Under the pieces are notes generated by a model, which had not been told where the DNA came from, ran no database searches, and saw only the letters and a program-made list of their open reading frames with translations. From Andalucia godoyi And28 (lineage: Eukaryota; Protista; Jakobida), in contig VRVR01000018.1 of assembly GCA_009859145.1 (NCBI GenBank), positions 129,688-193,687 of the forward strand: a DNA stretch of 64,000 bases, in the 5' to 3' direction. This document shows positions 1-8,774 of the stretch, in pieces; position 1 is the stretch's first letter, and every line of letters starts with the position of its first letter. The position numbers and the translations under genes are program-made.

Positions 1-516
1 ATTTTGTCGCCCAAGATCCTCAGCCGCATTTCACCCAAGCCAACGTCGATCGAGAGAGAGACGTTCCCTGCAATGGCGAACGATGGACAGCTTTACATGT
101 TTGATCTGCAGGGATTCTGGATGGACGTTGGGCAGCCAAAGGACTATATCACGGGGTCACAGCTGTATCTCAAGCACATCAAGCAGGATAAGCTTGTCGA
201 ACCGTCCGCAAAGATTGATGGCGACGCAGTCATCGGACACAATGTTATCATTGGTGCAAACTGCGTTGTGAAGAAGGGCGCAAAGCTCTCAAACTGCACG
301 TTGATGGACGGAGTCGTTGTGGAGGAATCAGCATTTGTCAAGGACTCCATCATCGGGTGGAAGTCTCGCATCGGAAAGTTCGCCCGCGTCACTGATCTTT
401 GCATCATCGGTGAGGACGTCGACATCAAGGACGAAATCGTTGTTGTGGGAGTCACGGTCTGCCCACACAAGTCCGTTGGGGAGTCCATTTATGAAAAGGG
501 ACGGGTGGTTCTCTAA
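1..516 (+). CDS. GMPPB: GDP-mannose pyrophosphorylase (mannose-1-phosphate guanylyltransferase), C-terminal part; 5' truncated by window edge
   Basis: Frame is open from base 1. It contains SIERETFP, GFWMDVGQPKDY, left-handed beta-helix hexapeptides and the terminal GVTVCPHKSV typical of PSA1/VTC1/GMPPB. Confidence 0.93.
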   Translation: MLSPKILSRISPKPTSIERETFPAMANDGQLYMFDLQGFWMDVGQPKDYITGSQLYLKHIKQDKLVEPSAKIDGDAVIGHNVIIGANCVVKKGAKLSNCTLMDGVVVEESAFVKDSIIGWKSRIGKFARVTDLCIIGEDVDIKDEIVVVGVTVCPHKSVGESIYEKGRVVL

Positions 517-770
517 GGGAGGTATGTGTGAGTGTGTTGGGGGGTGGGAGGTTGAAGTGGATGGGAGGGATGGGATGACACGGGAGGAGGAAGACCATTC
601 TTCCCAACGACAGGGCCGTCTCCTGTTCCATGTTTCCCTTGGTCTCGCAAGACGTGCCGCAGATGAGCAGGTAAACTGAGTAAAATGATGCAGAAGAATG
701 AGCCCTTGCAAGTCGTTCCTCTTCACGTCAGCGCTGGATCGAGCTGCAATGACTTCGTCAGAAGCGCTGC

Positions 771-1403
771 TCACACAAGTGTGCCATGACGAACGTCAAT
801 GTCTGATCGACAAATCCAGTTTGGCCATTCTTGGAGACATCTTACGTCAAGGAAGCGGGGGATTTGCAGTGGGGGAGTCGAGACTCGGGTCTGTCCAGTC
901 TCCACTCGCCGGCTTCTGGCAGGTTCCCACTTTCCCCTTCCAGCTGCACGGGGGAAAAAAATGCGATCCTGTCGGATGTGGGAGCATCGAATGGGGAGCG
1001 CGGCGAGGAATAAGAATGCCGCAGCATCCCTGACGCTGAAATGTGCGGCCACCTTCCTACCAAGCAGCGCACAAGGTGGCAAGCTTGGTGCATACGAGCA
1101 AAAAGGGCATCCTGTCAGGAAACAAGAACCATCAACTGATTGTTGGGTTGCCTTGATGTAGGCAAGGGGTGAAAAAGTTGACATCGGCGCGTGGGGAGGA
1201 AGGTTCCTTGCTGCGCGGCTCACTTGCCGAAAAGGAAATTGTTTAGAATTGGCTGCCGTGCTTTGACAGTGTTCCACGTTGGGCAAGTAATGTGCTACGA
1301 GATGTAGAACCGTGGTGTCTGTCCTGTTGACGTTTCCGGCAACCAGCTGGCAACTTTCGTCGGAATCGCCGTGACGAACCAGCTCGACAAGACAAGTTGC
1401 CAT
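771..1403 (-). CDS. Possible orphan ORF (210 aa); may not be a gene
   Basis: ATG at 1403, open to TGA at 771, in otherwise unoccupied GC-rich space divergent from the 1784 gene. No recognisable domain. Confidence 0.22.
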   Translation of the reverse strand: MATCLVELVRHGDSDESCQLVAGNVNRTDTTVLHLVAHYLPNVEHCQSTAANSKQFPFRQVSRAARNLPPHAPMSTFSPLAYIKATQQSVDGSCFLTGCPFCSYAPSLPPCALLGRKVAAHFSVRDAAAFLFLAALPIRCSHIRQDRIFFPRAAGRGKWEPARSRRVETGQTRVSTPPLQIPRFLDVRCLQEWPNWICRSDIDVRHGTLV

Positions 1404-1783
1404 CTCCTGCACCGCTGCTTTCCTCTGAAAAGTTGACAATTTACCGAAAGAAGGGCCGCCCGGAGAGCAATATCCCCGGACAACACCACACATCCGCTAT
1501 TGCTATTGTATTTTTCAAACCCCAAAGACTGAAGGTTTTGTTCTGTGTTCACCCTACACGCCACGCAAGAGGGAAGGGAACTGCACGATTGTTTCTTTTG
1601 GCACGCGCCGACAATCCATTGCTATTCCTTTTGGTTTCGTTTGTTTCTTGGTTCTTACGCCTTTCTTTCGTGGATATTTTTTCAGTCTCTACGCACTTGG
1701 CAGTACGGGAAGAAGAGCTGCACGCCGTTCTCTCTCGCCGTTGGTTTCCTCCTGCTCCCCCGTACACACATACACACACTCCG

Positions 1784-2992
1784 ATGGCCACGCCGTCTTC
1801 ACACGAATTTGGTTTCTCTGCTATTGAGCTTCCTTGCATACGCCCTTTGTCCACAAATACTTGGTCACGTTCAGGAGAATTTGAATCCAAGAAAGACATG
1901 GAAACGGCGAGCGAAAGCGAGGTTTCTGCTAGCTCGATTGATCATGTGCATGATGATGCTGCTGCGACATCCAGTTCCGTCGGTTTCTTTGGCCAGATGG
2001 AGTTCTCTCCGAAGGGATGCGTCCTCAAAGGGGTTCCGTTGGCTTCCCGGGCTAGCAGCAACAACAAGGAATGCGATCATCTCACGGTGAAGGTTCTGCA
2101 ACAATACATAGCAGTCAAGCCACCCCCTCTGGTGCAGACTGCGCATGAAATGGCCATTGGCATCCAAGACGGGAAGCGAGACATTGCCAAATGGGTGCAA
2201 GAACAGCAAGTCTTTTCGGCGATCCAAGCATGCGCTCCGTCGTCCACCAGATCACAGGCAGTATCCAAAGGGCGGAGAAGGGTTCTTCTCAGCTTGGAGG
2301 TGGGAAACGCAGGCTTCGAAGTTGAGGAATCCTCTCATCCAGCCCCTATTCCAGCGGGGGCCTTTCTGCCTGTGAAGCCTTCTGCGTCGCCACGGGGTGC
2401 TCCTCTGTCGGATCCCATAGAGTCGCAGTACACCCCCGCGTTTCAACGGCCGTTGACTCGAAAGAAATCCGCCGGAACACCCCATGGCAAGTTGGACGAC
2501 AGCCGCGCCAGCCGCGCCAGCCGATACGTCCAAGGAAATGTTACGAGTCGAGCACATGCGGATGCGATGCTGGTTCATGATGGCGGTTTGCTTTCCGATG
2601 CTGCAGTTCCCCTGTTGAAACCAATCAATATTACCAAAAGCAACAACACGCACACGCACACGCACCGGAATGAAACCTCTTCGCTGTTTCCTCCTTCACA
2701 TACAGGGTCTCGAGACTTTCCCGCCATCCACATTTCTCGTTCGTTGGACGATCACAAGTTCCCTGCTTCTCACATCAGCGGTTCAGCTTCTTCTCGAGGG
2801 ACCCCCTCCATGTTTCCGTCTCTTGCAAATAGCCACTCCGCAAGCTGCACGCCAATCAACAGCCGTTCAGGTGGACGCGGACCGTCCTCGGGGTCGAATG
2901 ATCCAAAGCCTCCTCTTCTCCCTGCTCTCAACAATGGTTCGCGGTTTCGGACTAACGCGCAGTACCACACTCTTATTCACTCCCCTTCATAG
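1784..2992 (+). CDS. Hypothetical Ser/Pro-rich, largely disordered protein (402 aa)
   Basis: Long ORF. The chosen ATG at 1784 follows a CA-rich tract, and the upstream in-frame part is T-rich and UTR-like. No domain recognised. Confidence 0.62.
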   Translation: MATPSSHEFGFSAIELPCIRPLSTNTWSRSGEFESKKDMETASESEVSASSIDHVHDDAAATSSSVGFFGQMEFSPKGCVLKGVPLASRASSNNKECDHLTVKVLQQYIAVKPPPLVQTAHEMAIGIQDGKRDIAKWVQEQQVFSAIQACAPSSTRSQAVSKGRRRVLLSLEVGNAGFEVEESSHPAPIPAGAFLPVKPSASPRGAPLSDPIESQYTPAFQRPLTRKKSAGTPHGKLDDSRASRASRYVQGNVTSRAHADAMLVHDGGLLSDAAVPLLKPINITKSNNTHTHTHRNETSSLFPPSHTGSRDFPAIHISRSLDDHKFPASHISGSASSRGTPSMFPSLANSHSASCTPINSRSGGRGPSSGSNDPKPPLLPALNNGSRFRTNAQYHTLIHSPS

Positions 2993-3394
2993 AAGTTATT
3001 TGGATCCACCAGCCAGTCTTGCGTTTGATTGATCTCTGTTTGCGCTCTCTCACTCACTCTCCATGTCTGTTGTGTACATACTTTTCCTTTGCAGTTCGTC
3101 GAAAGCTTGATAGTGAGGCTGAGACAGTCATCAAGCTTTTGAAATCTCCGGAAATGCAAACAAAAAGGAGGAAGAGGAGTAAACAACAAACAATGACAAA
3201 ACACAAAACTACCTTGTAAAGTATAAATTGTTTATGGGGCATGCTTCCTTTCTTTTTGCGACTCGCTGCATACGCCTGCGGAAACGCGTCATCCCCTTCC
3301 CCCGCGTTTTGGAATGCGCATCTGAACACATTGCAATGCACGGGTCACGACATGCATTTCCTTCGACACCCGGTTTCTGGTGCATGGCCTTTGA

Positions 3395-3762
3395 CGCCTA
3401 CATTGTACACTATCCACGGATACTCATCGCTGATCACCCATAATCAATGCTGCAACCCAACAACAAGCATAGCATGATTGGGAACGGGGGTAGGCCCCAA
3501 CACGCCCCTCGGCATGAGAGACGTTCCTAAGATAGATGTTGCGTTGCATGGACAATAACAATAAGAAATGAGCGTCGCTGTGCGAGAATGCAACGCGGCT
3601 GCGTGTTTATAAGGATTTCATGATCAAAATGGGGCGAAACGAATCGGGCATCGTGTGGACGGAGTTGTCAAGATAGCAAACGCATGTGCATGGCGCGTGG
3701 CAGTGGTTCTGTTTTACGTGTGTTTTTAGATTGCTTCATCATATCGCAATACGTAAGTGGCA
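3395..3762 (-). repeat. Dispersed ~370-bp non-coding element, copy A
   Basis: The reverse complement aligns over its full length with 25480-25847 (by eye about a dozen substitutions and a few indels) and with 55770-56052. Confidence 0.95.
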
Positions 3763-4083
3763 AGGGTGATTTTGACATTTGTGTACAAGCAGATTGCCCC
3801 AACGGAGCTCAGTGACGCTTTCGTTTTCTTCGGTTCTTTCCTGAGTGGAAACTGTGGCAACATGTATGACTGCTGCAGTCGGTTGTCTCCAGAATTTCAT
3901 AAACTGTTCCTTCCCTATCCCTCTCTCTCTCTCCTTCTCTTTTCATTCACATTTGAGGAAGCATTGTCATTGTCGTTGGTACTTAACTGGACATCAATTG
4001 TAAACCAAGTTCGGACCTCCCTTTTCCCTCTGCCACGTCTTCCAGTTTCTTTCTGCTTTTTCAGTCGCTGTGCTGCGTGAACA

Positions 4084-4470
4084 ATGTCTCTGAAGACGTA
4101 CTGGTCGGAACAGCTGGAAAATCACCAAACAGAGCGGTCCCTGCGCAACGAATGGCAGGAGGCATCTCGAAAACAAGTTGAGCAACATCTTGAAGAGCGG
4201 CTCAAGATGATGATTGCAGAACGGCCGGGAGACTTGCTGCTCGAGGTACGGTGTCTGGAAGATTACGAATTTGACTATCCAGATCGCCACAAGTGTCGCT
4301 CGTTTGAAAAGTTTGGGGAGTTTCTTGCCGGAGATGCAAAAACAGAATATGATTACCTCGTACGCCAAGGAATTGACTGCTGTGTGCTTCGAAAACCTGT
4401 TCCTGGGTTCCGCGATTCAAAGGGATTCATGCTGCAGTTCTTTCTCTGTGCGCGATTTCCTGCGAACTGA
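4084..4470 (+). CDS. Small hypothetical protein (128 aa) with a GINS Psf1 B-domain-like segment
   Basis: ATG-to-TGA ORF with protein-like composition. The motifs LLLEVRCLEDYEFD and YLVRQGI resemble the Psf1 C-terminus [14 protein letters not shown]...LIRQGV. Confidence 0.55.
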   Translation: MSLKTYWSEQLENHQTERSLRNEWQEASRKQVEQHLEERLKMMIAERPGDLLLEVRCLEDYEFDYPDRHKCRSFEKFGEFLAGDAKTEYDYLVRQGIDCCVLRKPVPGFRDSKGFMLQFFLCARFPAN

Positions 4471-4787
4471 AAATGGCGAGTCGCAACGCTGCAAGGAGCA
4501 CCCAGTGCTTTCATCCACGTAGGCACACGCTGCGACACGCCCCCATAGTTTCTTCATCTGGGCAGAGAGTGTAGTGCATGTAAAAGACTGCGTGCACTGT
4601 TTCAGTGATAGTCATGCTCCTGTCCGCGTGGCCAGTTACGGAGTGGACACGTGACCACCAAAAATAAATAAATAAAAATAATGATAATACTAAATAAACA
4701 AAACAAAACAAAACAAAACAAAACAAAACAAAATCAAACGACGAAGCAGGAAAAACTTGGCTCTGATGATAAATACTCATTTTATTA

Positions 4788-5327
4788 TTACATAATGTAC
4801 ACGACAAACTTTTCGTTAAAGTCTGGAATTCTGGAAGCAACCCGTGAGAATTCCAAGAACGAAAGCGACCCAGAGGAATCGATGTCTGCTTCATCCATTG
4901 CCTTCTTTGTGCAATACAGGACCTCTTCATCGGAGAGTTCATTTCCAGAGAGCAAGCGGATGACATCGACCAGGTCTGTTTCTGAAATGTACGAGTCGTT
5001 GTCCATGTCGAAAATGTGGAAAGCTGCTTGAAGCTTGACTCGTGGATCCGCCCGCATCGAGAGCACGGAAAACAGATCGAGGAACTGGTCCCAATTCATC
5101 GTGTTCGACTGAGCATCACCAAACACAGGAACCAATCGCGGAGTGAACGGATTGAATCGAAATGCCGGAATCTGCGGGAGCTTGTCTCCAGACACTGGAA
5201 TGTGCATTGTCCCACCAAGACCGCTATACATCTTCCACACCTTTTCAATTTCTTCACGCGTCAGAAACGTATTTGATTCGAGCTTTGACAATTCATCCGG
5301 TGAGAAATGCGATAGCGACCCTCCCAT
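4788..5327 (-). CDS. CIB1: Calcium- and integrin-binding (CIB)/calcineurin-B-like EF-hand protein (179 aa)
   Basis: Starts with an MGGSLS myristoylation motif. TFLTREEI, NPF..RLV.VF, AFHIFDMDND and EADIDSSGSLSFLEF follow the CIB1 layout. The upstream in-frame extension has no ATG. Confidence 0.85.
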   Translation of the reverse strand: MGGSLSHFSPDELSKLESNTFLTREEIEKVWKMYSGLGGTMHIPVSGDKLPQIPAFRFNPFTPRLVPVFGDAQSNTMNWDQFLDLFSVLSMRADPRVKLQAAFHIFDMDNDSYISETDLVDVIRLLSGNELSDEEVLYCTKKAMDEADIDSSGSLSFLEFSRVASRIPDFNEKFVVYIM

Positions 5328-5902
5328 ACTTTTCCTTTTCCTTAAAGATCCTCTTCGTTGACGACGCGTTACACAACAATGGTCGCTGCTCGCAGCTCGC
5401 TGTTCGTATCGACCACCTGAAGAGCGCCGACTCTTTGCTGACGAGTTTCTTGTTGACCGTGGGCGCGTGACTGTGCGCGGTGTGAAAGACTGGAGGAGTG
5501 CGACACAACAAGCAGTTGGGGCAGTTGGGACAATTCGATGGGAACAGAAACGTAAAGCTGCCAACGTGCCGCAGAGGGATTCGCCTGCTCGGGCAGATTT
5601 ACGATAAAATGATAGCGGATGCCGACATGCCGTGTCTCGGACACTCGTTGAGCATGCCTTGATCGGGGAACCCCATCCTTTGCAGCGTGTCGCAATTCAC
5701 AACTGACAACTCACCCGGCGTCTTGGCTCCGCGAATACGCATTTCCCTGCAGCAACCTGTTCACAGCAATGTTCTTCAGACTAAATGTCGAGCCGTGCAG
5801 CATTGTGCATGTCGACAGAGGCCCGCAAAACTGCCTCCGATTGCTGCTCCTACGTATTTGCAATTCGTTTATTTATTTATGTATTTTTTCATAGCACAAA
5901 AA

Positions 5903-7009
5903 TCAATGTTTCTCGTTGGCATAGGCGCGGCCTCCAAAAGCAGTCAGGATTCTTCTTGGTTTTCGGAACGGGTTTCGGCCGTGGGACACGAGGTGATTAT
6001 CAAGTATGAGCATATCGCCCTTCCTCCAGTCAAACGACACGGTGTTGCGATGCACAATATCTGCGATGGTCTGAATCTGTCGCCACCTCATCGGCTCATC
6101 TTTTGAAAACATGCACGTCATGGACTGCTGGAGAGGCTTCTTGATCAGCAGCAACGTAAACGTGAGCACAAACACGAAGATTCCCAGTACCAAATGCATG
6201 AAATTCCACGTTGACGCAAACAATCTCAGAATTTCAGTTCCCTGAGACGCGAGGTGGAATGTCGAGGAATGGTTAGAAAAGCACTCTTCACCGGTTATGT
6301 GGTGCCTGATTGTTCCTGGACACGAGTTAAACACCCGGAGTCCGTCATTTTCCTTCCATTCCCAGTTCAACTGATCTTCTCTGAGCTGCTTCTCGACCAC
6401 CGATCGATCTGTGGACTGATAGATGTCTTTCCACGGCTTCAAGCACGTTGGGTCGCGGGACTTTTCATTTGGTCCCGGATAGTTCCGAGAATAATAAACG
6501 CCTTTCCTGATTTTGTCCAGCAATTTCAGGTCGGTCTTTTCAAAATCTGCAATGATTGCTCGGCTGTCAGCAATTGGCGTCTGACCATACCACTTGGGTT
6601 CGATTTCGCAGAAGAACGCTATCGAATCTGGCTTCATGGATGGAATAAATGACATTTCATTGTGCTGCGGAATCGGAAACGAAGGAGGCACTTCCGAGGC
6701 CGTAAACACGTACTTTGTCACGGGCGTCCGCGGCGACGTCCCATGATACACCGCAGACAAGTTTGGTTCAAACATGTGCACAATATCCTCGAAATCCTGC
6801 GGCGAAACCGATTGCCAACCTCGGATAAGCAAAGCCCCGCTCTGCTCATAAACAACTTTTTTGAACACCTCGATGTGCTGTAGCAAATACAACTTGAGCG
6901 CAGAAACACTCTGCACAGACTCGCTGCTCGGCCGAAGAACCAACGGAATTGCCTTGTCGGCATACAGACGCTCGAGCTTGCACGCTCCCAGCGCAAAATT
7001 CCCACCCAT
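5903..7009 (-). CDS. TauD/TfdA-family Fe(II)/2-oxoglutarate dioxygenase, SyrP/clavaminate-synthase-like (368 aa)
   Basis: GALLIRG, metal ligands in IPQHNEMS (HxE), GQTPIADSR, and WRKGDMLILDNHLVSHGRNPF..RRIL carrying the distal His and 2OG-binding Arg. Confidence 0.9.
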   Translation of the reverse strand: MGGNFALGACKLERLYADKAIPLVLRPSSESVQSVSALKLYLLQHIEVFKKVVYEQSGALLIRGWQSVSPQDFEDIVHMFEPNLSAVYHGTSPRTPVTKYVFTASEVPPSFPIPQHNEMSFIPSMKPDSIAFFCEIEPKWYGQTPIADSRAIIADFEKTDLKLLDKIRKGVYYSRNYPGPNEKSRDPTCLKPWKDIYQSTDRSVVEKQLREDQLNWEWKENDGLRVFNSCPGTIRHHITGEECFSNHSSTFHLASQGTEILRLFASTWNFMHLVLGIFVFVLTFTLLLIKKPLQQSMTCMFSKDEPMRWRQIQTIADIVHRNTVSFDWRKGDMLILDNHLVSHGRNPFRKPRRILTAFGGRAYANEKH

Positions 7010-7625
7010 GTTCCAAACTTCAGATCCGGAGAATATGAAATAACAGTAATTAAAAAGGTCACTCTAAACAGACCCAATAAATAAACTGAAGAAAAAATTT
7101 GGAAAAAAACCCTTTTGGAACTTCGGAGATTTTCTGCGGGCTCTTTTTCGGCTGAGTGAAATGCAGGGAAAACGTCCCCCTGTCATTGGGTGTCACTGCA
7201 AAATGTCATTCCGAGCAGCTGCCCCTCAAAAAGACATTGCCCGTCGTGTCTCTCCTCTCTCCCTTCCTTCTTCATGTTGCTGTTGTCTGCAGTCCGCAGA
7301 AATGACATAAGGGCGTTTTGTCTTGTCTGATTTGAAAGAAACTCGTTACTATTCTCATGGCAACCATTATACAGTAGAAGTAGACTCTGTTTTCTGAGGT
7401 CGTCTTGGCCCTGGGCTTCGTCCGAGGGTCGTGCGGTACCGCTTTCCAGTTGTCGTTTCATAATGTGACAATGAAAGTTTGGCAGCCGCCATAGACATAA
7501 AGATCAAAAGATCTCACAACTCGAATTTATTCATCTTTGAAAAAGAAGGAAATGTGGCCCGTCCGTGTCGTCGCTTTCACTCTTTTTTATCATTTAATGC
7601 CCATTTTGGCGGTGTGCCCGATGGT

Positions 7626-7782
7626 CGGAAATTTTTCGCTCTGCAACGGCCGTAATTCCCTAGGGTTTAGGGTTGCGGACAGCTGCTTTTTTTTTTTTTT
7701 TTTTTGTTAAGACCTTTGTTGTTACAATATCGCTACCCTAGAATAGGGTTTTTTCCCTTCAGGACTTTTTCTGCAACCCTAG
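7626..7782. promoter_or_regulatory. Telo-box-like (TAGGGTT/AACCCTA) cluster plus RRPE-like motif upstream of RPL12
   Basis: TAGGGTTTAGGGTT 7661-7674, ACCCTA 7735-7740, TAGGGTT 7744-7750, AACCCTAG 7775-7782; CGGAAATTTTTCGCT 7626-7640. Confidence 0.5.
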
Positions 7783-7938
7783 CCAATAAGGGATTTCCTT
7801 TCCTCTCCGTATGGAGGAGAGAATCGAAGAGAGGCAGCTTTTTTTCTTTGTTTCCTCTGCCAGACGATTCCTTTCGTCTTTTCCGTTCGGTTTTCGCTTA
7901 GGACCTTTGTTGTTTTATATTGTACGTTCCGTATCACA

Positions 7939-8436
7939 ATGCCTCCCAAGTTTGACCCGAATGAGATCAAGGTTATCTACCTCCGTGCCGTCGGAGGAGA
8001 GCCTGCATCGTCTGCCACTCTTGCCCCCAAGGTCGGTCCTCTCGGTCTGAACCCCAAGAAGGTTGGTGATGATATCCAGAAGGCCACCAAGGACTTCAAG
8101 GGCCTCAAGGTCACTTGCAAGCTCACCATCCAGAACCGTGTTGCGACTGTCGAGCTTGTCCCGACTGCCTCCACTCTGATCATCCAGGCACTCAAGGAGC
8201 CGCCCCGTGACCGCAAGAAGGAGAAGAACATCAAGCACAACGGAAATGTTGCATTCTCTGTCATCTTGGACATTGCCCGCAAGCTCCGTGCAAAGTCTAT
8301 GGCCAAGGAGTTTGTTGGTACCGTCAAGGAGATCCTCGGATCGTGCGTGTCTGTTGGTTGCACTGTTGACTCCAAGGACCCGCGTGATGTCCAGAAGGCA
8401 ATCGATGCCGGTGAGATCAGCGTCCCCCAGAAGTAA
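7939..8436 (+). CDS. RPL12: 60S ribosomal protein L12 (uL11)
   Basis: [21 protein letters not shown]...[19 protein letters not shown]...[19 protein letters not shown]; 165 aa, with strong C/G-ending codon bias. Confidence 0.99.
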   Translation: MPPKFDPNEIKVIYLRAVGGEPASSATLAPKVGPLGLNPKKVGDDIQKATKDFKGLKVTCKLTIQNRVATVELVPTASTLIIQALKEPPRDRKKEKNIKHNGNVAFSVILDIARKLRAKSMAKEFVGTVKEILGSCVSVGCTVDSKDPRDVQKAIDAGEISVPQK

Positions 8437-8774
8437 AGTGTTTTTGTGAAATGGAAACCGTATTGATAATTGCCTTGTTTCTTTCCCCCGTCTTTCCCCT
8501 CCATCATCTTCCATGGCAGTGCAAACATCAAGGGGTGGCACCTCGTCCAGTCACATAGATGAGGGAAGGATTGGTACAAGCATGCATTTTTAAAAGAGAT
8601 TACTGATATTATTCTGGTTTGTGCGACAGGAAAACAAGACGCGGGGACTGGGAAGCTTGCACCGGGTTCAGGACACCAAGGACGAAAACACTAGGAGCTC
8701 AGCGGACAACACGTTCGGGAAGCCAATCGTGCAGGCAGCGAGAGAGAAAAAAAAATATAAAAGGAAATTTCAGA

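Noticed and set aside
1366-1390. LVRHGDS in ORF 771-1403 looks like a histidine-phosphatase RHG motif
   Set aside because: None of the downstream phosphatase motifs (second Arg, distal His) are recognisable, and the rest of the ORF is not clearly protein-like.
1397-1783. 129-codon in-frame N-terminal extension of the 1784 gene with a hydrophobic stretch
   Set aside because: Non-ATG start; the hydrophobicity comes from T-rich UTR-like sequence.
3735-3745. Box C-like ATGATGA in dispersed-element copies A and C (snoRNA idea)
   Set aside because: Copy B has ACGATGA, and there is no CTGA box D at a suitable distance.
3757-4083. ORF ending in TGA one codon before the 4084 ATG (possible readthrough or selenocysteine)
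   Set aside because: The upstream ORF is pyrimidine-tract sequence with no ATG start near its beginning; no SECIS or Sec-motif context seen.
7915-8579. Two 200-aa antisense ORFs over RPL12
   Set aside because: Shadow ORFs produced by strong codon bias of a highly expressed gene.
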